This document shows, one piece after another, positions 11,235 through 20,992 of a stretch of 64,000 bases of DNA. The first letter of the stretch is position 1. Each line of letters starts with the position of its first letter. Location: positions 1,504,001 to 1,568,000 of the forward strand of contig CP122380.1 of assembly GCA_024650005.2 (NCBI GenBank). Direction: 5' to 3'. Below the pieces are notes generated by a model, which was not told where the DNA came from, made no database searches, and worked only from the letters and a program-made list of their open reading frames with translations. Origin of the DNA: Candidatus Bathyarchaeum tardum (lineage in GTDB: Archaea > Thermoproteota > Bathyarchaeia > Bathyarchaeales > Bathyarchaeaceae). Made by a program: the position numbers and the translations under genes.

Positions 11235-11957
11235 TTATTTTTCTTCAGTTCCTCTTACTTTTGTCGATGGAATTATTTTTCTAGCGCATGCAACAAACTT
11301 TTGCATTACATCTTCGGGTAATGTTTTTGTGTTGAAAGATGGATCTAAAACGACTTGTCCAATATTAACGTCAAATTTTTGTAGAACATATTTTTTGGAA
11401 CCTTTTAAAGCGTCGCATATCTGGACAATATCATCAGTTTCATGGATTGTAGGAACAACAGTTGTTCTAAACTCGTAATCAATATCTGAAGTCTTCAGCA
11501 GGTTTATGCTTTTTTTCACGTTTTCAAATAAAGTTTTGGCGTTAACACCAATTGCTTTTGAATAGTTTTCAACGGTTAATGGAGCTTTTACGTCCATGGC
11601 TATGTAATCTACCAGTTTTTTATCAATAAGCTTTTTGAGCATTTTTGGATTGGTTCCGTTGGTGTCCAGTTTAACTAAGAAATTCATCTTCTTTATTTTT
11701 GAGCATAAATCGGGCAAGTCACTATGAAGGGTTGGTTCTCCACCTGTGATGCAAACGCCATCAATCCAGTTTTTTTGTATAGTAAGTTGTTCTTCTAAGT
11801 TTTCAAAAGGGATCGTCTCAATGGTTTCAGGTTTTAGAACAAGATTTCTGTTATGACAGAATGGGCACCTGAAATTACATTTAGGCAAAAAAATTACTGA
11901 AGATACTTTTCCGTCCCAATCCACGAAGCTAATGTCAATGAAACCTTTTATGTCCAC
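11235..11957 (-). CDS. anaerobic ribonucleotide reductase activating-type radical SAM protein
   Basis: CNFRCPFCHN (CxxxCxxC), ITGGEPT, KLDTNG, YEFRTTVVP. Confidence 0.88.
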   Translation of the reverse strand: MDIKGFIDISFVDWDGKVSSVIFLPKCNFRCPFCHNRNLVLKPETIETIPFENLEEQLTIQKNWIDGVCITGGEPTLHSDLPDLCSKIKKMNFLVKLDTNGTNPKMLKKLIDKKLVDYIAMDVKAPLTVENYSKAIGVNAKTLFENVKKSINLLKTSDIDYEFRTTVVPTIHETDDIVQICDALKGSKKYVLQKFDVNIGQVVLDPSFNTKTLPEDVMQKFVACARKIIPSTKVRGTEEK

Positions 11958-12018
11958 TTTTAATCCCGTTCTAAATCAAATAAAATGTTGGCTGTTTAAG
12001 TTATTTTAGGTAAACACT

Positions 12019-12876
12019 CTAAAAGTTAATGACAGTTCCCGTGTGAACAGAAACAAATCGGTCACCAAATTCTTCAGAAAATTTTTTTATCACATTTTTG
12101 CCAGTGCAATGGCATGGTGCAACAACAGTTGGGTGCAGGTTTTTTATTTCAGTAATTGTTTTTTGAATTTTTTCGTCATTTGCACCAATGAGATGAAAAC
12201 CGCCGACAACAGCATAGATTTTGTTGTTTCCAGTTATTTTTTGTGCATATTTTAGAGTGTTAATTATTCCTGAATGGGCACAACCTGTTATTACAATTAA
12301 ACCTTTGTTTTCAAGATCAATTACTAACGATTGGTCGTCAAGCATTACATCATTAATGAACTTGTTTTGGTGGATTGTCCAAAATCCGTTAACTTTTTCA
12401 AAATCGGTGATTCTGGGAACTTCACCTGTTGTTGTAATTCCCTCTGCAATTTTTACGGGATTTGATGCTAAAAGAGGTACACCACCAACCGTTTCAACAT
12501 CAGAACATTTGAAGGGTGCACCAATTAACCGCAAATGGGGCATCATGCTTAATTTTGGCTCAAAAACGGTTGGATATCCAATAACTGGAACACTTTTTCT
12601 CAGATTTTCGAGTAATTGGATTAAACCTCCAGTGTGATCGTAATGACCATGACTAAGGACAACTGCGTCAACAGATTCTAAATTGACGTTTAATTCAGTA
12701 ATGTTGCTAAGAAGTTTTTCTGGTGAAGCTCCAGTGTCCATTAACACCGTTACTTTATTGGTATCAACTGTTACAGTTACATAAACTGAAAGACCATGTT
12801 TAGCCTCCAATTTTGGGTTATTGCTATTCGTTGTGTTTTCAATTAAAACAGTTAGCTGAACATTTTTTACTGCCAT
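12019..12876 (-). CDS. MBL-fold metallo-hydrolase
   Basis: SHGHYDHTGG, GCAHSG, GGFHL, PCHCTG. Confidence 0.9.
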   Translation of the reverse strand: MAVKNVQLTVLIENTTNSNNPKLEAKHGLSVYVTVTVDTNKVTVLMDTGASPEKLLSNITELNVNLESVDAVVLSHGHYDHTGGLIQLLENLRKSVPVIGYPTVFEPKLSMMPHLRLIGAPFKCSDVETVGGVPLLASNPVKIAEGITTTGEVPRITDFEKVNGFWTIHQNKFINDVMLDDQSLVIDLENKGLIVITGCAHSGIINTLKYAQKITGNNKIYAVVGGFHLIGANDEKIQKTITEIKNLHPTVVAPCHCTGKNVIKKFSEEFGDRFVSVHTGTVINF

Positions 12877-12999
12877 TTTTTGATGTTACCTTTCTTTAGA
12901 TAATCAACAGTTGTGTTGACAGAAAGTTCTATGTAGCATTAACTAAAGAGACTTGTGTTTAGAAAATAAACAAGAAAAAATGAGCAGAATTTTGTCCAT

Positions 13000-13407
13000 T
13001 TATGAGCTGACTATTGTTGAACGGACCTGTTTTACACCTTTTCGGGTTGCTAGTTCTTGAGCTAGTTTTCGTATTTCTTTTGCATCCCCTTTAACTGCAA
13101 CTGCTTCAAGGCATTCTTTGTCACTTAAATGGACATGAAGCACTGAATTTATGACGCTCCGATGATGGTGCTGAGATTCAACTAGATCGTCTTCTAATCC
13201 TTTTACATCATGGTCGTAAACCATCACGAGCACACCAGCTTTTTTGCCTTCCTGTTTATGAAGTAATTTTTGTTCAGTAACAAACAGTGTCACTGCGTCT
13301 TGAATAGCCTTTGAACGGCTTTCATAACCAATGTTATCAATAATTTCATCTAGTTCAGCTAATAATTCTGGTGGAAAAGTAACTCCAACGCGGACAATCT
13401 TAGTCAT
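13000..13407 (-). CDS. nikR: nickel-responsive regulator NikR
   Basis: RHH N-terminus (GYESRSKAI), YDH, QH and HVHL...CLE Ni ligands. Confidence 0.9.
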   Translation of the reverse strand: MTKIVRVGVTFPPELLAELDEIIDNIGYESRSKAIQDAVTLFVTEQKLLHKQEGKKAGVLVMVYDHDVKGLEDDLVESQHHHRSVINSVLHVHLSDKECLEAVAVKGDAKEIRKLAQELATRKGVKQVRSTIVSS

Positions 13408-13620
13408 AATCTGTTCCCAACTAACATCATATCGTATTACTCATAAAACGTTTATCACTATGTGGTTAAAAAATCTTGAAATAATTTTTTTGATATTTGA
13501 TTTTTGGATTTGATTGTAAAAAAGCGTGAACACAGTTCAGGTTACGTCTAAGTTCGGCAGTAAAATGCAGCAACATCAATAAATGGTTCAACAATACTGA
13601 AAGGAACAGTGCAAGTTGTG

Positions 13621-14505
13621 TTAGTTGAAGCTAATGAGGATAATTCCAGCAATAATCAGGAGTGCACTTGTAACAATGGAAAACGAGAATTTTTCTATTT
13701 TTCTTAGGAATATGTAGCTGAAAAGTAATATGAAAAGCAGTTCAGTTTGTAGCAGGGGTACAATTATTGAGACCATTTCTTGGCTTAGTGCAAGAAAGGA
13801 TAGTAACCATCCGGTTGCTATGCCTACTCCAGATTTCCAGAATAGTTTGAAGTCTTTTTTGGAAAACTTTGAAACATTATCAGTTTTAGAAAAGAATAGC
13901 ACAATCAGATAAAAAATTAGGGATGTTGTGTACCCAATTGCAACACCCAGAAGGGGTTGGTTGTAGATGTTCAGGCCTTCTTTGCGTATTATTTGAGAAA
14001 ATGCCATAGTGAACGAGCCGAGTACTGGAATAATTAATCCTTTTATTGTTGCATGTTTTGTTAGTGAACTTTTGTCTAATGTTTTGCTGATGAATATTAC
14101 ACCTGCTATTATGCATACTAATCCTATCCAGTTTTGTGTTGTTAGTACTTCTCCAAGAACAGTAACAGCTATGATTGATGTGTAAAGGGGATAAGTTGAA
14201 AAAATGGATGAGTTTACCGATATGCCTACGGTTTTCATTCCTTTGAAGTACACAAGTCGAGCCAGCCCAGGGGCAAGAAATCCAGCAAGCAAGAATAATA
14301 AGATTCCTTCAAGGTTTAACAGAGAAAAGTCAGTGTAAAGTATGGCTATTGGCCAAAGAACAATGTTACCCATTATTGTTACGGTTAAAGATATGTTGAG
14401 ATGATTTGATTCTTCAATGTTTTTTCTGATTATTATTTGGGATGCTGCAAAGGCCACAGAAGAAAGCAACGCCAAAATAATCGGTAACATATTAGCTTGA
14501 AACAT
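13621..14505 (-). CDS. DMT/EamA family transporter
   Basis: 10-TM duplicated EamA architecture. Confidence 0.85.
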   Translation of the reverse strand: MFQANMLPIILALLSSVAFAASQIIIRKNIEESNHLNISLTVTIMGNIVLWPIAILYTDFSLLNLEGILLFLLAGFLAPGLARLVYFKGMKTVGISVNSSIFSTYPLYTSIIAVTVLGEVLTTQNWIGLVCIIAGVIFISKTLDKSSLTKHATIKGLIIPVLGSFTMAFSQIIRKEGLNIYNQPLLGVAIGYTTSLIFYLIVLFFSKTDNVSKFSKKDFKLFWKSGVGIATGWLLSFLALSQEMVSIIVPLLQTELLFILLFSYIFLRKIEKFSFSIVTSALLIIAGIILISFN

Positions 14506-14717
14506 TTTTGATGTTATTAAACAAAACCATTTGCATGTTCAAAAATGAAGAAACAGTAAACAAAGAAAGAGGCGCAACAGTGCCTTCAAACAGAGAAAAT
14601 TACAAAAAATTGGTTTCAGGCAACGTTGATTACATTTTTTTGGGTATGAATTTTCATTTTAAATTGTGATTTTAGTTTCATAAAGACTAAATTAGTCCAT
14701 ACTCAAACTTTCTAAAA

Positions 14718-15260
14718 ATGCTAATCATATTAGTTTTTGTCATGTCTTTCATTATCCTTTATAGTGTTACTTTGACGATAATTCCCAGCATGCCACCCGG
14801 AAAGTTACTCTTCGAAGTTTTTGGCAGCTCGGGAACAGATTTTACGATATTTGGAGTCTCAGCAGAGCTTCTTGTTTCAGGATTGATTAATGGCCTTATT
14901 TGGTCAGCAGTTATTGTGCTGGTTTATTCCTATTGGAGAGGCCCAGCAAAGTCAAATGTCAATTTGCCAATATGGGTTCCAGGATACACTACGTCACATA
15001 GTTCCACAGAAAAACCGCAGATAAAGAAACGCAAAGATCTTTCGTCGCCTCAAATAATTCAACAGCCCCAAAACATTGAGTCTATTCACGGTATTGGTTA
15101 CGTTTACGGGCGTAAACTTAGAACAATTGGAATCAGCACAGTAGATGAGTTATTGGAAAAAGGTTCGACAATATCTGGAAGAATTTATTTGGCAAACAGA
15201 TTAGAAGTAACAGAAGCAACAGTGCTTAATTGGTTACGCCAAGCAGAAATTCACAAATGA
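14718..15260 (+). CDS. membrane protein with C-terminal HhH (DUF4332-like) domain
   Basis: two TM helices; IHGIGYVYGRKLRTIGISTVDELL HhH motif. Confidence 0.75.
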   Translation: MLIILVFVMSFIILYSVTLTIIPSMPPGKLLFEVFGSSGTDFTIFGVSAELLVSGLINGLIWSAVIVLVYSYWRGPAKSNVNLPIWVPGYTTSHSSTEKPQIKKRKDLSSPQIIQQPQNIESIHGIGYVYGRKLRTIGISTVDELLEKGSTISGRIYLANRLEVTEATVLNWLRQAEIHK

Positions 15261-15516
15261 AAACTTTTTTTCTAAAAGGATTTCAGCACAAGAATTGTTT
15301 AGCATATAAAGATCAGTTTTAAGATTGTTTTTTGATTATTCATAAAATACAATAACATGTCAGAAAAACATATTTTTACAAAATATATAAAATAATAACA
15401 TAGACAAATAAATATTATCAATTCAGAGGACTTAAATTAGGATTTTTAGGTTTTAGTTTTAAATCAAAGGTGGGAAACTGGAACTGCAAATCATAGACGC
15501 CATACTAAACTCCGGA

Positions 15517-15762
15517 GTGCTTATTCCCGCCATATGGTTAAGCTTGGGACTGGTTATTGCGTGGTTTTTGTTGTCTGCAAAACGGATTGTTCCATTAACT
15601 GAAAAAGAGGCTGAAACCTTATGGAAAGTTCATAAACAAAAAACACAGTGCACAGCTAAAGATTGGAAACACTTAACCCGTGGAACAGAAATAATTGGTT
15701 TTGAATGTGAATGTGGAGAAAAACACATACAAAAAAAACACATTATAACCATAAATGCATAA
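15517..15762 (+). CDS. small membrane-anchored Cys/His (Zn-ribbon-like) protein
   Basis: TM helix followed by H..C and CECG motifs. Confidence 0.6.
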   Translation: MLIPAIWLSLGLVIAWFLLSAKRIVPLTEKEAETLWKVHKQKTQCTAKDWKHLTRGTEIIGFECECGEKHIQKKHIITINA

Positions 15763-15767
15763 TTGGA

Positions 15768-16835
15768 TCATTTCATATTCAGGTTTTTCCCAAACAAAGA
15801 ATTCTTTAAAGAAACATCCTGTGAAGAGGCTCTAGCATCAGCTGCTTCAGTACGGTCAATTGAAATATACGCAATCTCATGGGCATGATGTTGTATTTGT
15901 TCAAGACCATCAAAAATCAAACGAAGGTTTGCTAAAGCCAAACTAGGAAGTTCTGATTCGCCATAAATTTTCAGACATTGACTCCACAAATCATCAAAAT
16001 CAAAACATCTATCCAAGACATTATTTGCCAAAGGAATATCTTTAGACAGCAAAGCCTGAACTGAGTCGTCATACATCTTTTGGATTGATTTACCGGTTTC
16101 AGCTAGGAGTTTAGTAAACTCTTCTGGCAGCTCTTTCCCAGTTAATGAGTCGATGTTCTTTGCAATTTTGTTTAAATTACCCGTTATTTCAGAAGTAACA
16201 TGAAGAATTTGAAGATAATCCACACAATCGATCAGGGAAATGGAATCGTTTTGAGATGGTTTGGGGAATAGAATAGAACTTCTTAACAAACGATTAGTAA
16301 CCAAAAGAAGCCGTTTAATGTCCCGAGTTCTTCGGGTTAAACCTTTAATCAGGTCAACATTCTGATTTTCAACAGCTGAAATCGTTTCACTAAACATAGA
16401 AATTATTACATTATGAATCCGTGTTACAGCTTTATTGACAGGCATAGTCTGCTTAAGCAAACAAACAATAGTCATTGTGTTTCCAGTAACTTCAATCAGT
16501 TCTAAACCAAACAAGCTGTCAATTGTTTCACGAATAGAATCATGTTGGTCTTCTGTAAAAGCGGTTTCAGTTTTAACCTTGATGGTGTCAAAACCATCTA
16601 AATATGCACCGATAATTCCCCTTTTAAGAGATTGGCTGGAGCTTTTACGAGTAACATTTAAAGTTATTTCTCGACGTTGATTGCTAACTTGAGGATAAAT
16701 CGAAATGGAACCATCTTGTTGCGTAAGTAAAGTAACTTTTTCTCCATGGTTTAGATGCAACTGGTCAGTCCAAGATTTTGGAATTGAAACATAAAGAGTG
16801 TTGCCAATTTTTTGGATTTTTCTTGTTTCGGACAT
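15768..16835 (-). CDS. AbrB-PhoU family phosphate uptake regulator
   Basis: RKIQKIGNTLYVSIPKSW AbrB N-terminus, YLDGFD, PhoU-like helices. Confidence 0.85.
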   Translation of the reverse strand: MSETRKIQKIGNTLYVSIPKSWTDQLHLNHGEKVTLLTQQDGSISIYPQVSNQRREITLNVTRKSSSQSLKRGIIGAYLDGFDTIKVKTETAFTEDQHDSIRETIDSLFGLELIEVTGNTMTIVCLLKQTMPVNKAVTRIHNVIISMFSETISAVENQNVDLIKGLTRRTRDIKRLLLVTNRLLRSSILFPKPSQNDSISLIDCVDYLQILHVTSEITGNLNKIAKNIDSLTGKELPEEFTKLLAETGKSIQKMYDDSVQALLSKDIPLANNVLDRCFDFDDLWSQCLKIYGESELPSLALANLRLIFDGLEQIQHHAHEIAYISIDRTEAADARASSQDVSLKNSLFGKNLNMK

Positions 16836-17003
16836 TGAAATTCCCGTAAATTAAATTCTTTTAGCTTTGTTTAATCTGATTGGTTATACTTATATCTTTA
16901 GATAAAAAAATTAAATGTTACAGCTTAAGATTATAAAGGAAATTAACACAGAATTAAATCAAAATAGAACATAAAAAAATAAAAGTTAAAAAAATCGTTT
17001 GGG

Positions 17004-17885
17004 TTATTTGACTATTAGAACTGAACTTCTTGCATATATGCTTATGTCGTCACTTACGCTACCGAGCAAATATCGACCTACGGTACTTAAACCTCTGCTT
17101 CCTACTGCTATAATGTCAACGTTTGCTTTTTTTCCTACTTTGATAATAACTTCAGCAGGACTACCGAGTTCCATCATTTTATCGATTGGTAATCCTTCAG
17201 TTTTTTGTGAAGCATCTCTAAGGATACATTCACCAACAGTACCAAGACAATCAACGACCTGTGGTCCTCCAATACGAACTAGTTTGTCTTCTTCAACATG
17301 CAACAGTGCTAAGCTTGCATTATATTTCTTTGCCAATTCAACAGAATAACTAAGGGCTTTTTCTGCATGTTTAGATCCATCAACAGCAACAAGTATTCGC
17401 TTAAGCTGTGGTTTTTTCTTAACTATGAGAACTGGACATACAGAATGCCTTGCAATTTTTTCAGTAACGCTTCCCAGAGAATATCGAGGAGACTGGCTGT
17501 CAGCCCGGTTTCCGATAACAACTAAATCGTATTTTTCTTTTTTAATAAACTCCAGCAAGAATTCTGCAGGGTCTTCATGGGTGACTAGTTTAGCATCAAC
17601 AACGATTTTTTTCTCTTCAAATAATTCTTTGGCGTTTTTTATGATCTTTTTACCAGCAGCCATGTAGGATTCGTCAAGTTTGTGTAAAATAGAATGAGGC
17701 AACTGATACTGGGCTTTGAGTTCAGGATGCATAAACTCATGGGAAATAACATGCACGACAGTTACTTTGGAATTGAATTTTTTAGCGATAGAAGAAGCAA
17801 AAAGTTTAGCATGAAGACACGAATGTGAACCATCAACGGGCACAAGAATTTTCTGAAAAATTTGTTGACTAGTCATTATTGTCAC
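17004..17885 (-). CDS. tandem universal stress protein
   Basis: two ILVxVDGS...GxRG..LGSV USP domains. Confidence 0.92.
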   Translation of the reverse strand: MTIMTSQQIFQKILVPVDGSHSCLHAKLFASSIAKKFNSKVTVVHVISHEFMHPELKAQYQLPHSILHKLDESYMAAGKKIIKNAKELFEEKKIVVDAKLVTHEDPAEFLLEFIKKEKYDLVVIGNRADSQSPRYSLGSVTEKIARHSVCPVLIVKKKPQLKRILVAVDGSKHAEKALSYSVELAKKYNASLALLHVEEDKLVRIGGPQVVDCLGTVGECILRDASQKTEGLPIDKMMELGSPAEVIIKVGKKANVDIIAVGSRGLSTVGRYLLGSVSDDISIYARSSVLIVK

Positions 17886-17941
17886 ACTTACATCTAAATT
17901 CTAATGTGTATTTTAACTTTCTTGGCACAAAAATGGGCAAA

Positions 17942-19447
17942 CTAGGAACGGCCACTCAGTATGTGCCTAAGATCAGTTGTTGTTAATACTCCAAGGATTT
18001 TTTTGGGATTAGATTCTTCAACAACTGCAATTCGTCCAATTTCGTAGGTTCTCATCTTTTTGAAAGCATCTAAAGCATGCTCTTTAGGGTAACAGACAAC
18101 AGGGTCATCGTGAGCAATGTCCCTGACCAAAATTTCGTTCCGTTTAGCTTTCTCAACTTTTGCAGCATCTTGCAAAGTTACAACCCCTACAAAGTCCCCA
18201 TTTTCATCTACAACTGGATAGCCAGTGTAATGATACTTTGCCATGAAATCCAAAAGTTGACTAACTGTCAAATTCGGAGATACAGTTTGTAGTTTTTTAG
18301 TCATAACATCTTCAACGTTATACTTGGATAGAATAGCTATTTCGTTCAAAGGCTTGGTAGGAACAGGAACATATGCTTGTTTCATGTCGTTTAGTTCTTT
18401 GATGGCAGTTCGTCTTTTTTGTTGGGCTGCTTCGATAACTTGAGCAAAAGCATCGGGTTCAAGCTCGATTACTCCAGTATTAATCACGCCTGCTTCAACT
18501 GCAGAATAGAAAAAGTTCTCTCCTGCTTTTGTTCTAATTATAACTGTAGACCATTCCTTTAGAGGATACGCAGTTCCAACTGAAATGTCTGCAAGCTCTG
18601 AAGTAAAATCTGTACAAGTTTCACAGCTGGTCAAAATGTTTGGTTTAACTTCAGAAAGGGGAACAATTATTGTTTCTTTGTCTGTTTTCACATAAAGCTT
18701 ATCAACGATGTCTAAACGTTTGATGTCATCTTGGTCAAGATTGTATTTTTCTTTAAGATATTTCAGCATACTACCAAAAGAAAGGGTCCAAAAACAGAAA
18801 AGACCAATGATTACTTTCAGGTTTCCTGAAATTCTGTGTTCCCAAGCTTCAAGTTTACGTAAAGCCAAAACGTGACAAGGTACCCCAACAAAGGCAATGT
18901 TACCTTTTCCGTATTCGTAAACTGCACTTCCGTATGCTCGGGCAACTGATGATGGAAAGAATTTACTTCCAACAGCTGCAAAAATGTCGTCTGGAACAAC
19001 ACCAACTAGTGCTTTGGGTTTAATGGGAACGTCAGTTTCCGCTTGAGAGACAATTGCACTATCAATAATCCCAGTATCTATGGCATTTGTTAGAAGAGTG
19101 GTAACAACTCCACCGCCATGACCAAGTTTTCTTAGTTCGGGGTCTGCGGCTTGGGCAAGCAAAATTTTTCGGTAGTAGCCTAAGCCTTCTCGTTTTGTGG
19201 GTGAGTCAGAAACAAACTTGAGTGTAGCACGCATAAGGGTGTCAGAATGGGGACAAATCTCAAAACAGATTGGACAAGATCCTATATGTTCTGAGCAATC
19301 AAAATGTTCCACTTTTCCGTCTCCAACGGTTATTGCGTGAACAGGGCATGCGGCTTCACAGGCTCCGCAGAAGGTGCAAAAACCAGAATTAATGATTTTA
19401 CTTTCTAAATCATTGTATGCTATTGCATTTTCCTTTTTTGTTGCCAA
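17942..19447 (-). CDS. F420 hydrogenase/dehydrogenase beta subunit (FrhB/FpoF-like) fused to a C-terminal CBS pair
   Basis: two 4Fe-4S motifs, GGVVTTLL, VGVPCH, IGLFC, CETCTD..ADISVG; C-terminal CBS pair. Confidence 0.88.
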   Translation of the reverse strand: MATKKENAIAYNDLESKIINSGFCTFCGACEAACPVHAITVGDGKVEHFDCSEHIGSCPICFEICPHSDTLMRATLKFVSDSPTKREGLGYYRKILLAQAADPELRKLGHGGGVVTTLLTNAIDTGIIDSAIVSQAETDVPIKPKALVGVVPDDIFAAVGSKFFPSSVARAYGSAVYEYGKGNIAFVGVPCHVLALRKLEAWEHRISGNLKVIIGLFCFWTLSFGSMLKYLKEKYNLDQDDIKRLDIVDKLYVKTDKETIIVPLSEVKPNILTSCETCTDFTSELADISVGTAYPLKEWSTVIIRTKAGENFFYSAVEAGVINTGVIELEPDAFAQVIEAAQQKRRTAIKELNDMKQAYVPVPTKPLNEIAILSKYNVEDVMTKKLQTVSPNLTVSQLLDFMAKYHYTGYPVVDENGDFVGVVTLQDAAKVEKAKRNEILVRDIAHDDPVVCYPKEHALDAFKKMRTYEIGRIAVVEESNPKKILGVLTTTDLRHILSGRS

Positions 19448-19497
19448 TCAATTCCCCACCATTATTTTGTATGTGATTTTTAGTTAAGATTTTTGGG

Positions 19498-20979
19498 TTA
19501 CACCGGCAACGATGTAGCAACCGATGAAACCAAACTCAATGCCAAATCTGGGAACAACCCCAGAACAACTATTATGACGACTAAACAGTATATTGGAATG
19601 AGCAACTTTTTGGGTTCTTCAATAGGTAAATCACTTTTTGCTGGTTTACCGTAGAAATAATGGATTACGCGTAAGAAATATGCAGATTGAAGAACAGACG
19701 TCAACACACCAACTATAGCTAACCATGAAACGCTTGATTGCAAAACAGATGTAAATACCATGTATTTTGCGATAAATCCTGCGAAAAGGGGCACACCCGA
19801 GAAAGACAAGGCTGCACATATAAATGCTAGACTTGTGAGGGGCATTCGTCGTCCCATACCAGACATGTCTTCTAATGTTTCAAAGCCGTTGTTTCTGAAA
19901 ACTCCAATTACCATGAAGGCCAAAGCAGTTTCTAGTGCTGCAACAAAGAAAAAGAACAAGTTGCCCATAAGACCAATAGAAGTTATACTTGTAATGGCTA
20001 TTAGGTTGTAGCCAATATCTGCGATGCAAACATAGGAAATCATTCTTTTTACGTTTTGTTGGGCTAGGGCGAACATGTTTCCTGCAATCATTGTAATTGC
20101 AGAGAAAACGGCCACAGTAAATCTCCAATCAATAACTGCTGTGGGGGTCAAGATAAACAACAAAACCCGCAGGATTACGTAGTAGCTGCCTTGGTCCACA
20201 ATGGCAGACAAGAAAGCTGAACCAGAGTCAGGAGCAGCAGTGTAAGCGTCAGGCATCCACATGTGAAAAGGAACAATTGCGGTTTCGATTGCATAGCCTG
20301 CAACAATGAAAGAAAATGCTATCAACAAAAGTGTTGGATTAGAAGTAGTTAACAGAACTTCTTTAACGGTCCAAAAGTTCAGAGAACCTGTCATACCATA
20401 AATTAATGATAACCCGTAAAGTGTGAAACCAGAAGCTATGATAACCATAACCAGATACTTCAATGCAGACTCTAAGGATTCACGAGATTTTCTGTAAGCC
20501 ACAATGAAACATGCACCTGCAGCGGCAGCTTCCCAAAATATGAAAAGGGTTAGCAGATCACCTGAAAAGGTAGCTGCAACTACAGCTCCAGTTACCATAA
20601 GCAATAGGGCATAGTATCTTTCAGATAAATTCTCTTTTGAATTAACGTGCAACACGCCATAAATGCAAGAAATGGATCCCACTACCATGTAGGCAATTAC
20701 CATGTAAACTGAGACCGCATCAATGAGAAAACTGCTAGATATGGAAGCAAATATAGTGTCACCCGAAGAAACTTGTATGAAAGCTTCAGGTTGACTGTAA
20801 AATTCAGTTGCTATTTGATAAACTCCCATTGATGCAGCAGCGAATGTGAGCAGTATCCAAACTACCATGAAGTGTTGTGAGTTAATTCTAGTTTTTCTCA
20901 CTATACGCAGAAGAGGTACAGTGAGTAAAGCACAAATCGTAAAGACTATTGTTGGCAATAGAACGTCGACAATATTCAT
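19498..20979 (-). CDS. nuoN: antiporter-like subunit N (NuoN/MrpD-like)
   Basis: FWE, PFHMWMPDAY, GVPLFAGFIAK; position in operon. Confidence 0.82.
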   Translation of the reverse strand: MNIVDVLLPTIVFTICALLTVPLLRIVRKTRINSQHFMVVWILLTFAAASMGVYQIATEFYSQPEAFIQVSSGDTIFASISSSFLIDAVSVYMVIAYMVVGSISCIYGVLHVNSKENLSERYYALLLMVTGAVVAATFSGDLLTLFIFWEAAAAGACFIVAYRKSRESLESALKYLVMVIIASGFTLYGLSLIYGMTGSLNFWTVKEVLLTTSNPTLLLIAFSFIVAGYAIETAIVPFHMWMPDAYTAAPDSGSAFLSAIVDQGSYYVILRVLLFILTPTAVIDWRFTVAVFSAITMIAGNMFALAQQNVKRMISYVCIADIGYNLIAITSITSIGLMGNLFFFFVAALETALAFMVIGVFRNNGFETLEDMSGMGRRMPLTSLAFICAALSFSGVPLFAGFIAKYMVFTSVLQSSVSWLAIVGVLTSVLQSAYFLRVIHYFYGKPAKSDLPIEEPKKLLIPIYCLVVIIVVLGLFPDLALSLVSSVATSLPV

Positions 20980-20992
20980 TGTTTTTGCCTCT

